Source of the DNA: a candidate division CPR3 bacterium GWF2_35_18
GTDB taxonomy: Bacteria > Patescibacteriota > CPR3 > GWF2-35-18
Assembly (NCBI GenBank): GCA_001771135.1
Contig: MESW01000009.1
Span: 23,436-87,435, forward strand
DNA: 64,000 nucleotides
Direction: 5' to 3'
This document shows, piece by piece, positions 49,900 through 59,812 of the stretch; the stretch's first letter is position 1; each line of letters begins with the position of its first letter. Position numbers and translations under genes: made by a program. The notes beneath the pieces were generated by a model. It was not told the DNA's origin. It did not search any database and saw only the letters and a program-made list of their open reading frames with translations.

Positions 49900-50277
49900 C
49901 TAATTTGATTCTGTTTCTGATAATGTAAGTCCGCGACGCATACCTTTTCCCATTCCACCTCGTCCCCAATTTCCGCCATTTTCATCATAAAACTCATGCA
50001 TCTGATCAATCGTTTCCTGATCTTCACCATTCAAGTTAATCTGGATACCATCATCAGTCTTTGTTACAGTTCGTTCAATGTTATCATGTAAATTACGCAT
50101 CGTTTCCCCGTTAGCTCTAATCTGATCCCTTTCTTCCTGGGTCAGATTAGCATACATCGGACAATCAGTTGTTGAGATTTCGGTATCATCCGCTCTTACG
50201 GTTTGAAATACAAAACCACCCAAAGCCACTCCGATTGTTAAAGCTAAAGTGGATATAATTAAATTCTTCTTACTCAT
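49900..50277 (-). CDS. Small secreted protein, possibly Spy/CpxP-like periplasmic stress protein
   Basis: Signal peptide (..GGFVFQTVRA); LTQEERDQIR motif; acidic. Confidence 0.4.
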   Translation of the reverse strand: MSKKNLIISTLALTIGVALGGFVFQTVRADDTEISTTDCPMYANLTQEERDQIRANGETMRNLHDNIERTVTKTDDGIQINLNGEDQETIDQMHEFYDENGGNWGRGGMGKGMRRGLTLSETESN

Positions 50278-50342
50278 TAAAAATCACCTCCTTTTAATAA
50301 TCTATATCTACATTACAAGTTCAAAATCATTTTTCTTACATT

Positions 50343-51122
50343 TTACTGACAACTGCCTCCATAACAAGGTTGAATACTATTAATTCTCAACCTTCTATAA
50401 ATTCTAGTAACCCCAGTAATCCCATACGCTCTAAAAAATTCACCTTCCCAAATTCCGACAATCCGAAGCTCTGTTCCCAAATTAAATCCTAATCCCGAAG
50501 GAAAGATAGCCTCATTATCAACAATAACTTCTACTTCTTCTCCATGTGGAATCTCAATCGTTAAAACATCATTATCGTAATCAATATCTTTCAAAGTCCC
50601 TACAAGCCAAGCTTCTCCTTTATATTTGTGACCGTAAATTACCTGTAAATTCGATTCATTTTCGGCTATCTCATTCAATCCAATTTGATCCAGTAAAAAC
50701 CCTATTCCCACTGTAGAAACCAAAACTATTAAAATTAAAGCCATAAAATTTTTATGATATGAAAAATCGTACTGTTTGAGGAGCTCGATCCCGATAATAA
50801 CGGCAACGATTGCAATCACAATATGCCACCAAGGAAAAGTTTCAACAAAGGGTTGTAATCCAGTTAATCCAAAATCTAAAAACTTGAAGGGAACAAATAT
50901 TCGTAATTTATATAAAAATAGATTAAAAAGATAAATTGTTACAAGTAAAGAACAGATAACTCCTAAGGTTAGAATAGTTGATCCCAAAACAAAATATATC
51001 GGAGACCGCATCTTTACATGTTTCTGTTCAATTTCTTGCATCACCGATTCTGCAATATCGGGATCTAAATTTTCTTTTATGAGTTTATTTCGTTCCATCA
51101 AAACTTTTTTCTTTTTCTGCAT
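50343..51122 (-). CDS. Membrane protein, candidate anti-sigma factor cognate to the upstream ECF sigma
   Basis: Located 93 nt downstream of an ECF sigma gene; 3-4 TM plus a C-terminal soluble domain; no conserved anti-sigma motif verified. Confidence 0.4.
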   Translation of the reverse strand: MQKKKKVLMERNKLIKENLDPDIAESVMQEIEQKHVKMRSPIYFVLGSTILTLGVICSLLVTIYLFNLFLYKLRIFVPFKFLDFGLTGLQPFVETFPWWHIVIAIVAVIIGIELLKQYDFSYHKNFMALILIVLVSTVGIGFLLDQIGLNEIAENESNLQVIYGHKYKGEAWLVGTLKDIDYDNDVLTIEIPHGEEVEVIVDNEAIFPSGLGFNLGTELRIVGIWEGEFFRAYGITGVTRIYRRLRINSIQPCYGGSCQ

Positions 51123-51215
51123 TTTTACCTCCTTTCTAGGGAGTTTTATATGCCCGAATTAACCTAAGTTAAAATAATGGTAATTCGGGTATACCCAACT
51201 TACCTTTTTTTAAAC

Positions 51216-51788
51216 TTAAGGATGTTGAGTATATAATTCAACTAACATTTTTTTAGCTCTGTTAATTCTGGTTCCCACTGCCCCTAAGGAAATCCTTAAA
51301 ACATCGCTAATCTCTTCATAAGACTTCTCTTCAAAATAATACAAAATGATTACCTCTTCATATTTAAAAGGTAATCTATGCACAGCTCTTTTCAAATTTT
51401 CGCGTAACTCTTTTTTTTCAAAAATTTCTTCAATGTTTTTTGTATGATCCAAAAAGACAGCTTCAAAATTTTCATTACCTTCCAGTGAAACTTCCCGATG
51501 ATACTTTTTTATGGCGTTAATTGATTCATTGTGGGCAATACGATACAACCAACTTGAGAATTTAAGATGACTATTAAATCCCTGTAGATTAATATAGCTC
51601 TTAATAAAAACATCCTGTACCACATCCGCCGCTTTGTCGTAATCAGGAATATAATATCCCACGTAACTTAGCAATTTTTTCTGATAACGACGAACCAAAA
51701 ATTCATAGAGATTATGATCTTTGGAAATAACCAATTTCACAATCTCTTCGTCGGACAAATTTTTATATTCTCGACTCTTTGTATTCAT
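51216..51788 (-). CDS. ECF-subfamily RNA polymerase sigma-70 factor
   Basis: Region 2 (DVVQDVFIKSYINL) and region 4 HTH (SYEEISDVLRISLGAVGTRINRAKKML). Confidence 0.8.
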   Translation of the reverse strand: MNTKSREYKNLSDEEIVKLVISKDHNLYEFLVRRYQKKLLSYVGYYIPDYDKAADVVQDVFIKSYINLQGFNSHLKFSSWLYRIAHNESINAIKKYHREVSLEGNENFEAVFLDHTKNIEEIFEKKELRENLKRAVHRLPFKYEEVIILYYFEEKSYEEISDVLRISLGAVGTRINRAKKMLVELYTQHP

Positions 51789-51981
51789 CTTGAGTTATAC
51801 AATTTATTACTAGTTTTTCTTTCTAAAAGACAAGTATCTTATAAAAAGATTAACCCACCTGTTTAGATCAAATTAAAATTCGATAGATATATGAGTGAGT
51901 AACGCCTGACAATGTCATGCGTTATGCACTCTAAATAGTAAAACTATTTTTGCTCTTAATTATTACTTTTAGGAGAAGATT

Positions 51982-52716
51982 TTACGAAGGAAATTGCAAA
52001 AAATATTGGATCTTTGCATTAGTTTGAAGTTCAGTAATCCACTCATTAACCGCAGTACTTTTTTTCTGTTGCAAAACTGTCTCTTTGGTTTGGTTCTGAA
52101 AATCTTCTGCACTAGTTCCTTCCGGCGCTGTTAACTTATTGGTATCAATATAGGTTTTAACCTCTTCATCGCTAACCGTAATACTAGCTAAAACAATTTT
52201 CTCCACAATTTTTTGTAATTTAATCTGTTTTCTAAAATCATTTAAAGTCATATTTTCTTCTTTTAAAGCGGCTTCTAATGTAGTACCGGAAGCGCTGATA
52301 CTCTGTTCTACGCTGGAAACCTGAGCATTAATTTCATCATCAGTCACAACCACCTTTTGCTCCTTAGCTTTTTGTAAAATCAATGTTTCAATAATAAGAT
52401 TATCCAAAGTTTCTTTTCCTGATTTTTTCTCCAGTTCACTGATTAGAGTCCCTCGGAAAATAGGAGTACCGTTTACAATCACGGGAATAAATTGTCCTTT
52501 AAAATAAAAAAGTAATCCCCCTAAAACAATCACTATAAAAAGTGGTAAACCATACTTAACTACTTTTGGATTTAAACTAAATGACTTGATTTTTTCAGAA
52601 TCTGGAGTAAAAGTTTTTTTTGAATCCAAATTTTTGGTAACAGGTAGTTCTTTAGAGACCTTTGTTTTCAAAGTTTTTTCTTTCTTTAATGAATCCTTTT
52701 TTGTTTTAGAAGGCAT
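51982..52716 (-). CDS. SurA-N-terminal-domain-like periplasmic chaperone, membrane-anchored (no PPIase domain)
   Basis: Lys-rich N-terminus, TM, then a SurA_N-like segment (LISELEKKSGKETLDNLIIETLILQKAKEQ). Confidence 0.45.
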   Translation of the reverse strand: MPSKTKKDSLKKEKTLKTKVSKELPVTKNLDSKKTFTPDSEKIKSFSLNPKVVKYGLPLFIVIVLGGLLFYFKGQFIPVIVNGTPIFRGTLISELEKKSGKETLDNLIIETLILQKAKEQKVVVTDDEINAQVSSVEQSISASGTTLEAALKEENMTLNDFRKQIKLQKIVEKIVLASITVSDEEVKTYIDTNKLTAPEGTSAEDFQNQTKETVLQQKKSTAVNEWITELQTNAKIQYFLQFPS

Positions 52717-52900
52717 AATAATCCTTTTTATACCAAATTAACTTAAGATTAAATTGAGAAGTAGTTTTTCGGTATCTTCAACTACATTTTCAAATACTTA
52801 AAAACATACTATATCATATTTACATTACAATATGAAAATTGTGTGAAAATTATAAGTTAAAAGGCTTTCTTTCCACTCTCTGAATCTTTAATTCTAACAG

Positions 52901-54100
52901 CTATTCAGCCGGAAGAAGAAAAACTACAGATGTCGTATTATGAAAACCACTGAACTCTCCTTTGACGTAACAAACCTCTCCGTATGTTTCAAATCCAGAC
53001 AGCGGAATTTTGCCCAAAACTTTTTTGAATTCATCGACAGCCATATAAAAATCATTACCTAAAATGAGTCCCCGACAAACACAATCAAAAATTAAAGCTC
53101 CAGCAATAGCAGTATTTTCTGGAACTTCGGAAAGAGCTAGACTCACAGCCTTATTCGCTGATTCTGTTTGTTTCTCTTTGACGCTTTTCATAATGTTAAA
53201 AGATAATCCTTGCGGAATCGTACAAGCGAAATTAAGAGAACCATCCTTATTTTTACTTAAAGGAACTCTAATTTTATAATCATCATTTCCCATAGGAATT
53301 CCCATTTCGTAACAGATAAGATGATTTCCAATCTCTGTAGTTTCATTTAATTTATGAACATCGATTCCCTTTTTACTAGCATCAACGGCAGTTTTTTCCT
53401 GCCATACTTCCCATGCCGGACGATTATCGATTTCAAAAAGAACGCTACCTTGTGATTTGGTTACTTGTAAGGTTTCGCTCAAAACTATATGTCCATGTTT
53501 TACCCCAGTATAGAAAGGAGTTTTTGAATCAATCACACAAATACTAACGGCATCTGCCAAAACTAAATCATTACAGAAAACGAATGTTTGCTTAAATTTT
53601 AGATCATCTCCTGCAGCGCCACCTACCAATTTGGTCTCAATATCTAAAGCGTTTACGGCAGCAATTGCAATCTCTTCACCTTTACCAGCCAATCCATCCA
53701 TAAAAATAATTGCTGCTCGATGAGGATATTCTGCATTTTTTGGTGATACCTGAGAGACAATCTCTTTCATCACTAGATTTTCGTTTTCTTTAACTCCGGA
53801 GGCTGAAGCCGTAGAGAATTTCATTTTGTCAGATGAAATTAAAGTTACCGCAACACTTCCATTTTCCACCGCTTCTTCATTGAATTCTCCCCCGGTGGAA
53901 CATCCTATTAACGGTGCATTCTGAGTAAATTTTCGAACAGTAGCAACAACATCTTCATAGTTATAATTAGTCGCACTATAAACAATGGTAAGATCTATTC
54001 TTTGTTCTCCCAATTTCTTTTTAGCAATTTCTACCGCTTCTTGCGCCACCTTTATTCCATCCTCACCTTTTGAAAGTCCAGTAGCCATTTTTGTACTCAT
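52901..54100 (-). CDS. FIST-domain (FIST_N/FIST_C) signal-transduction-associated protein
   Basis: 399 aa; LIGCSTGGEF and overall FIST-like pattern; weak motif-only call. Confidence 0.5.
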   Translation of the reverse strand: MSTKMATGLSKGEDGIKVAQEAVEIAKKKLGEQRIDLTIVYSATNYNYEDVVATVRKFTQNAPLIGCSTGGEFNEEAVENGSVAVTLISSDKMKFSTASASGVKENENLVMKEIVSQVSPKNAEYPHRAAIIFMDGLAGKGEEIAIAAVNALDIETKLVGGAAGDDLKFKQTFVFCNDLVLADAVSICVIDSKTPFYTGVKHGHIVLSETLQVTKSQGSVLFEIDNRPAWEVWQEKTAVDASKKGIDVHKLNETTEIGNHLICYEMGIPMGNDDYKIRVPLSKNKDGSLNFACTIPQGLSFNIMKSVKEKQTESANKAVSLALSEVPENTAIAGALIFDCVCRGLILGNDFYMAVDEFKKVLGKIPLSGFETYGEVCYVKGEFSGFHNTTSVVFLLPAE

Positions 54101-54147
54101 GAATAAACTCCTTTTTTACATTGAGAAACTATTTACAAACTAAAGCT

Positions 54148-54390
54148 TTAATCTGATAAACCTTTACAAATTAAATTTATTTTGAGATTACGGGCGACAA
54201 ATGCTACGTATCCACCATAAGAAATTAAAGCTTCCAAAATTTTCATCATCTCCTCAGTGTTATATTCATTTTTATCTTCCAATCCAGATTTTACGATTGC
54301 TCCACTTATCTCCTGATCTATCACTGCTGCATCCTGAAAAAGCTTCAGTTTTTCTCGAATAACATCTTTATTCCAAAGAACTTCTGCCAT
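54148..54390 (-). CDS. Small hypothetical protein (80 aa)
   Basis: ORF track. Confidence 0.35.
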   Translation of the reverse strand: MAEVLWNKDVIREKLKLFQDAAVIDQEISGAIVKSGLEDKNEYNTEEMMKILEALISYGGYVAFVARNLKINLICKGLSD

Positions 54391-54431
54391 TAAGAATCCT
54401 CCTTTATCTCAAATTGAATTTAATCGCTAGA

Positions 54432-54743
54432 TTATACTTTCTTAATCTTCGCCTTATATTTATTCAGTTGTACCTCAATCTTTTCACGCAGATCTGTTAA
54501 ACAGGCGAGTAAATCTTTATTAATTGCTTCTGCAAAGATGTGTTCTTTGATAGGTAAAAGTGCATCAAATTTTACTTTAAACCCCCACCTACTTCTTTTA
54601 TTAATTGTCACGTTCGCGCTTAAACTTTCTACATTACTAATTTTATTTAAAAGTCGATTCAGTTCCTTTCCGATTTTTTCATCAATATATTCTCTAATTT
54701 GATCGTTAAGCTCAATATTTTCAGCATTAATAATAATTTTCAT
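54432..54743 (-). CDS. hpf: Ribosome hibernation promoting factor / RaiA (short HPF, YfiA family)
   Basis: MKIIINAENIELNDQIREYIDEKIGKELNRLL ... LREKIEVQLNKYKAKIKK matches the ~100-aa HPF/YfiA pattern. Confidence 0.75.
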   Translation of the reverse strand: MKIIINAENIELNDQIREYIDEKIGKELNRLLNKISNVESLSANVTINKRSRWGFKVKFDALLPIKEHIFAEAINKDLLACLTDLREKIEVQLNKYKAKIKKV

Positions 54744-54761
54744 CTGCTTTACAAATCCTTT

Positions 54762-55460
54762 CTATTTTTTTCTTAAAATCAAGATGCTTAAAATAATATT
54801 CAGAATAACCGATAATCCTAAACTAACATATATAAAATATATCCAATTCGGAAAACCTTCACAAGATTCTGGATATTCTTGAGTTGTCGTTGTAGCCGTA
54901 GTTTCTTTTACCTCAGCACTTTTAGTCGCGCTTTTGGTACTTTGATCTGTCTTTACCGTTATTGATGGAGAATCAGTTTCAACTTTATAAAGACGTACTG
55001 TTCCGTTTCCGGACGGAATGGAACATTGACGCGGATTGGCAACCACAGCTTCATATAAACCTTTTGGAAACACCTTGTCGATTTTTAGATCTCCATTGCA
55101 CCAAGCAGTCTGATAAGAATCACATTGACTGCGAATTACCTCTCCAGAAAGGAAATCCTGACCATCTTTTTTGACCGTAAAAGCAAGCTCTGTCTCCCCA
55201 CTATTCCATTTGTACCAAACTTGAAAAAGATCAACCTGAAGGTCTTCGGTCAAAGTCCAAGTTGTGCTATCTGTATAGCTGCATGTTCCTAGATAATGAT
55301 TACTGGTATCAAAAATTACAGTCTGAACATCGGCAGCCTTTACCGGAATTGCGAAAACGACTAGAAGAATCAAGGTAAATAGAAAAGGGAAAAAGATAGA
55401 ATATTTTTTCATCGCTGGTCTCCTTAATTTCCATACTAACATCTTTAAAATAATTAGCAA
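54762..55460 (-). CDS. Type I membrane protein with secreted Cys-containing domain, Thr-rich linker and C-terminal TM anchor
   Basis: Signal peptide (likely start MKKYSIFF at ~55409), TTATTTTQ linker, C-terminal TM. Confidence 0.5.
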   Translation of the reverse strand: MLIILKMLVWKLRRPAMKKYSIFFPFLFTLILLVVFAIPVKAADVQTVIFDTSNHYLGTCSYTDSTTWTLTEDLQVDLFQVWYKWNSGETELAFTVKKDGQDFLSGEVIRSQCDSYQTAWCNGDLKIDKVFPKGLYEAVVANPRQCSIPSGNGTVRLYKVETDSPSITVKTDQSTKSATKSAEVKETTATTTTQEYPESCEGFPNWIYFIYVSLGLSVILNIILSILILRKK

Positions 55461-55701
55461 TTATTAGAATTCAAATCTGATATTTAAGATTGGTTGTGAA
55501 TTTCCAAATATATAATTAATTTTTATAGGGAGGTTAAATAAATTCTTATGTTTTATTTACAATATCTAAAAGCAGAGCTTTTTCGCCGTTTTGGAAAAAC
55601 TTTAAGGTATGAATTTTAATGAAATTCACGCTGAAACGATACTATACTGCATTAATTAACTAAAAATGAAATTTCTGTTTAAGAAAAGGATTGAATAAAG
55701 A

Positions 55702-56070
55702 TTATTTTCCTGCTGGACATTCTTTCCGATAATATGCCCATTCTTCACAAATTGTCCCGTCTGCCAAAGTACAATATCCGGTTTGTCCCTCCTCATCTTC
55801 ACGGATATTGAGTATCCCCCCATTTTCTATGCAATAAACCGAAGCCGGATTGGCTCTTCCGGCAGAATTAGATGACTCTGTAGTTTCATTATTTTGCGTC
55901 TCTGTTATTGCACACTCAATCGTCGGTTTTGGAGCAAAAGGATTTCCGTGTTTCACCCACTGCCCATTTTCACAGGTCCAGGTATCTTCATCTCTGCGTA
56001 GAAAAAGAAGTATTCCAAAAAGGACAATTACAATTCCGATAGCCACAATTAAATAATGGCTTTTTTTCAT
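55702..56070 (-). CDS. DUF333-family (putative hemolysin-like) membrane-anchored protein
   Basis: ANPASVYCIENGGILNIREDEEGQTGYCTLADGTICEEWAYYRKECP matches the DUF333 pattern. Confidence 0.6.
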   Translation of the reverse strand: MKKSHYLIVAIGIVIVLFGILLFLRRDEDTWTCENGQWVKHGNPFAPKPTIECAITETQNNETTESSNSAGRANPASVYCIENGGILNIREDEEGQTGYCTLADGTICEEWAYYRKECPAGK

Positions 56071-56117
56071 AATAGAACCTCCATTAAATATGGAGTTTAC
56101 AAAATTATTTTGAGTTT

Positions 56118-56852
56118 TTAATTTAAACTCCTATATTTCTGATATAAAACCGATATATTAAAAGGAAAAATAATCAAGGCATTTATCCCGTTAAACATCA
56201 ACTGTTCAAAGAATAATGGCAATTTCAAAGCTTCGGAGATCATCGCCGTAGTGGCATTCGGAATTATAAAAATCAGAAGCATCATAATTAAGGTTAGAAC
56301 AACGCTAACAAAATGACCTTTGACTTTCAAACGACTATCTTCCAACGCCTGATACCCGGTTTTCCCTTCGATTATATAAGCTAATGGCGCAAAAATAAAC
56401 CAGGTCAGAAAAATTAAACCGGGGATTATAAGCAGAATTGAACCACCAATAAATGAAATTCCTATTAGTATCATAATTATCAAAAAGTGAAACAAGTGTT
56501 TAAAAGCTTTATGGTATATTTCCAAAACTTTCAGTTTTTGATTTTCAGTCTTTTGAAGTAAAAAGAAAGTAATCAGTAAAATAATCATTCCTCCGGCAAA
56601 GACGATAAAACCTAACGGTAAAAGTAATTTACCGATCTGTCCCATTTCCGGAGTCATTAACCCCCACTCATCGGTTTTCATCCCTAAAGTGCCTTCAAAA
56701 TAATAACTACCCGGAACTCCGATCAACATATAGATTAAGGCAAGCTGTAGGATTTTTAGATAATTCATCCGGAAGAACTTAAATGCCTCTGCAAAAACTT
56801 GGAAAAAAGATGTTGGATACGTTTGTGATATTGGCTCTTGTGAACTTTTCAT
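56118..56852 (-). CDS. Polytopic membrane protein
   Basis: 244 aa, ~6 TM. Confidence 0.5.
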   Translation of the reverse strand: MKSSQEPISQTYPTSFFQVFAEAFKFFRMNYLKILQLALIYMLIGVPGSYYFEGTLGMKTDEWGLMTPEMGQIGKLLLPLGFIVFAGGMIILLITFFLLQKTENQKLKVLEIYHKAFKHLFHFLIIMILIGISFIGGSILLIIPGLIFLTWFIFAPLAYIIEGKTGYQALEDSRLKVKGHFVSVVLTLIMMLLIFIIPNATTAMISEALKLPLFFEQLMFNGINALIIFPFNISVLYQKYRSLN

Positions 56853-56898
56853 ATTTAACTCCCGTTAATACTAATGGTAGCATTAAATTACTATTATG

Positions 56899-58188
56899 TT
56901 AAATATTCTTTTTAGTTTTTTTAGAAAAATTGAGTTTCATGGTTACAATTTTGTCAGTCGAAAAGATCTTCGCCGCAATAATCACAAAAATAATAAAGAC
57001 TACTAGCTGATAAATAATACCGTAGATTACAAAAGAGTAGTTGTGAAGATATAGGTTTGGTGCCGCCAAAAAAATATGCGAAAAAGGAATCGCGTAAACC
57101 GCATAACGCATTATCGGGCTCATATTATTAAGATCGATAAACATGGTAAAAAAATAGGGAATCATGACCAAAACCATCACCGGCGTTGTTAAACCTGCGA
57201 CACTTTTTACATCTTCAGCAAATGAACCCAAAATTAAAGAGATTGCCAACGCCACTAAAATACCGATAAATAGAGAAAGGCCCAAGAGCAAATAATTCTG
57301 GGGCGTAAAGGTCAATCCCAATTGACTCATAACCTCGCCTATTTGTGAAGAAGCTTCTTCACTCCCAACTACTCCGTTAATATAGCTTTTGAAACCGATC
57401 ATATATACTCCAGAAGATAGCAAGGCAATGAGTCCTGCTGCGGTCATCTTGGCTACCACAATTGCATGCCGAGAAATGGGAGTAGTCAGCAGTGTTTCCA
57501 AGGTTTTATTCTCTTTTTCATTAGCTATTGCGGTGGCGATCATCTGTGAAGCAAAAACCACCACCATAAAAAGAATGATGGGAATAAATAAAGTCTGCTG
57601 CGAAACAAAACCCATAATTGCCGCGGGGCTGATATTGGCTTTTTTATCTCCTACGACGATAAATTCATCCACCTGAATGGGATTTTTCAGCACTTCCGGA
57701 GAAACTCCGGAAACTTTTTGTGACAGCAGTGAGTTGCTGAATGATTCATTCACAACTACAAGCGCGGTCATGAGATTACTGTAGTTGCGTCCACCCAGAA
57801 GAGTGAGATCGCGAATAATGGTATACGTTCCGATTTTAAGAGGTGTAAGCTCAGTAATGCTTTTTTCAAAACCATTTGGAATTACAAACAAAGCCGCTTT
57901 GTTTTCTGTACTGGTTCTTGTTAGGGCTGTTTCCATATCCACATCTGTAAGTAGCTCTACATTTAAATTCGCAGTTTTGAGGATTTCGATAATCTGATTG
58001 GAAGTAGCGTTATCAGTGTCTTCATTTAAGACAATTACATCGAGAGGCTTTTTCGCTTTTTCCTGTTCCTCGCTCATTACTCTCCCAATGAAACCAAAAA
58101 GAACCGAAGTAATAATAAGGGGTAAAATAATCTGTAGAGTAAGAAGCTCTCTGATTTCTTTTTTCAATAAAATTAAAAACTTTCGCAT
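56899..58188 (-). CDS. ABC-2 family transporter permease with large extracytoplasmic domain
   Basis: N-terminal TM, ~170-aa loop, 5-6 C-terminal TMs; downstream of an ABC ATPase. Confidence 0.65.
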   Translation of the reverse strand: MRKFLILLKKEIRELLTLQIILPLIITSVLFGFIGRVMSEEQEKAKKPLDVIVLNEDTDNATSNQIIEILKTANLNVELLTDVDMETALTRTSTENKAALFVIPNGFEKSITELTPLKIGTYTIIRDLTLLGGRNYSNLMTALVVVNESFSNSLLSQKVSGVSPEVLKNPIQVDEFIVVGDKKANISPAAIMGFVSQQTLFIPIILFMVVVFASQMIATAIANEKENKTLETLLTTPISRHAIVVAKMTAAGLIALLSSGVYMIGFKSYINGVVGSEEASSQIGEVMSQLGLTFTPQNYLLLGLSLFIGILVALAISLILGSFAEDVKSVAGLTTPVMVLVMIPYFFTMFIDLNNMSPIMRYAVYAIPFSHIFLAAPNLYLHNYSFVIYGIIYQLVVFIIFVIIAAKIFSTDKIVTMKLNFSKKTKKNI

Positions 58189-58256
58189 AGTCTCTTAAAT
58201 CCTAAACAAATTAGAATTTGTAATTTTTTTAGAGTTTAGTTTTTATTATTTCGAAT

Positions 58257-58982
58257 TTACTTTTTAGTTGCTTTGACGAAAACTTCTTCCAGATTTTCAG
58301 CTTTATATTTTTCTTTGAGATCTTGCGGCGTCCCAATCTCATGAATCTTCCCTTTATCAATAATCGCCACCCGATCTGAAAGCATTTCAATTTCTAACAT
58401 ATTATGGCTGGAAAGTAAAACCGTGGTTCCATGATTCGTCATTTCTTTTACCTTGTCCCGAATCTCAATCGCATTCACAACATCTAGACCGCTAGTCGGC
58501 TCATCCAGAATCGCGAGTTTCGGACTCACCATTACGGTCCGGCCAATCAATAATTTTCGCGTCATTCCTTTGCTGTAGGTACTGGTTTTATCTTTGAGTC
58601 GCAGATCGAGACCACTGATCTCTTTTCCCAGTTCTACATAATCTTTCATCTTTTTCACATTATCAGAATAGAGTCCGGCCATGAATTGCAGATACTGCAT
58701 TCCGGTCAGATTTTTGTAAGCCCCCGAGTCTTCGGGTAAGTAGCTAATTAGCTCACGGACGCGTGAAGCTTCTTTCACAACATCAAGACCATAGATAAAA
58801 ACTTCACCGGAGGTCGGGGATAAAAGAGTGGCAATAATTTTCAAAGTCGTGGACTTCCCGGCCCCGTTTGGACCGATCAGAGCAAAGATTTCGTGAGGAC
58901 GCACTGTGAAGGAAATATCAGAAACTGCTTCGACATTACCATATTTTTTAGTGAGATTTCTCACCGTTAACGCATTTTCCAT
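58257..58982 (-). CDS. ABC transporter ATP-binding protein
   Basis: Walker A GPNGAGKSTTLKI, signature SKGMTRKLLIG, Walker B AILDEPTSGLD. Confidence 0.9.
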   Translation of the reverse strand: MENALTVRNLTKKYGNVEAVSDISFTVRPHEIFALIGPNGAGKSTTLKIIATLLSPTSGEVFIYGLDVVKEASRVRELISYLPEDSGAYKNLTGMQYLQFMAGLYSDNVKKMKDYVELGKEISGLDLRLKDKTSTYSKGMTRKLLIGRTVMVSPKLAILDEPTSGLDVVNAIEIRDKVKEMTNHGTTVLLSSHNMLEIEMLSDRVAIIDKGKIHEIGTPQDLKEKYKAENLEEVFVKATKK

Positions 58983-59037
58983 ATGGGTTCATTATAGCGG
59001 ATATAGAAGAGTTTGGGAAATTAGTAAAAAAGATTAG

Positions 59038-59553
59038 TCATAAATCACACAGTTTTAATTCTAAATTTTCCATTTCTTTTTGTGAAAGATTTCTTAGACC
59101 ACTTAATTTCAATTTTTTCCCAAGTTTTTGTGCTTCTATAGCTCTTGGTTTAAGTTCTTCTGGTATATCTTGAAATGATATATGATGTGAATCTTTATAA
59201 TATATTCCTTTAGAATATTTATTAAAAAATTCATTTATATCTTTAACGTATTTTCCATAATTACGGTTTGGTAATCTTGTATATAGAATAAATTCTTGAT
59301 CCTTGTTATTAATATCAACGATAAAGTCCTGTTTAAATCTTTCAGGACGAGAAAGATAATCATATGCAAATATACCTATAATTTTATCTTTGGGTACTAG
59401 TTTAGAATATGATATTACTATTGCTAATAAAGCGATAAATCTTTTGGGATAAATAATTTTCAAGGCTGCAAAAAAATCTGGATGCTTCTTTAACCAGTGT
59501 CTAATTCCACTAGAAAATGGCATCATTTGTATGATAATTTCTTCTCTAGTCAT
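59038..59553 (-). CDS. Hypothetical protein
   Basis: 171 aa, no motif. Confidence 0.45.
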   Translation of the reverse strand: MTREEIIIQMMPFSSGIRHWLKKHPDFFAALKIIYPKRFIALLAIVISYSKLVPKDKIIGIFAYDYLSRPERFKQDFIVDINNKDQEFILYTRLPNRNYGKYVKDINEFFNKYSKGIYYKDSHHISFQDIPEELKPRAIEAQKLGKKLKLSGLRNLSQKEMENLELKLCDL

Positions 59554-59640
59554 ATAAATTATAAACAGGTATATTTATAAATAAATATTACTAAAGTATA
59601 GCATTTATACCTTGTAATAACAACGAAAAACGGCATTTTT

Positions 59641-59717
59641 GTCATTCCCGATTCAATCGGGAATCTAGAGAGATAAATAGGAAAATTATATAGATTCCTG
59701 GTCAAGCCCGGAATGAC
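59641..59717. repeat. Nested imperfect inverted repeat / candidate structured RNA or MITE-like element
   Basis: Outer arms GTCATTCC (59641-48) and GGAATGAC (59710-17); inner 10-bp stem 59656-65 / 59693-702 with two G-U wobbles on the plus strand; symmetric 7x7 internal loop; alternative local hairpin TTCCCGA-TTCAA-TCGGGAA (59645-63). Confidence 0.5.
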
Positions 59718-59764
59718 AATAGGATGGGATAACAAGAAAATTGAAAGGAAGAAAACAACTAACA

Positions 59765-59794
59765 GGGGTGATACCCCTTAAGGGGTATCACCCC
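59765..59794 (-). terminator. Perfect 30-nt palindrome GGGGTGATACCCC-TTAA-GGGGTATCACCCC; terminator-like hairpin for the 59813-60217 gene
   Basis: 13-bp GC-rich stem; minus-strand 3' flank CTGTTAGTTGTTTTCTTCC is T-rich. Confidence 0.55.
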
Positions 59795-59812
59795 AAAAGA
59801 ACATTTAAACTG

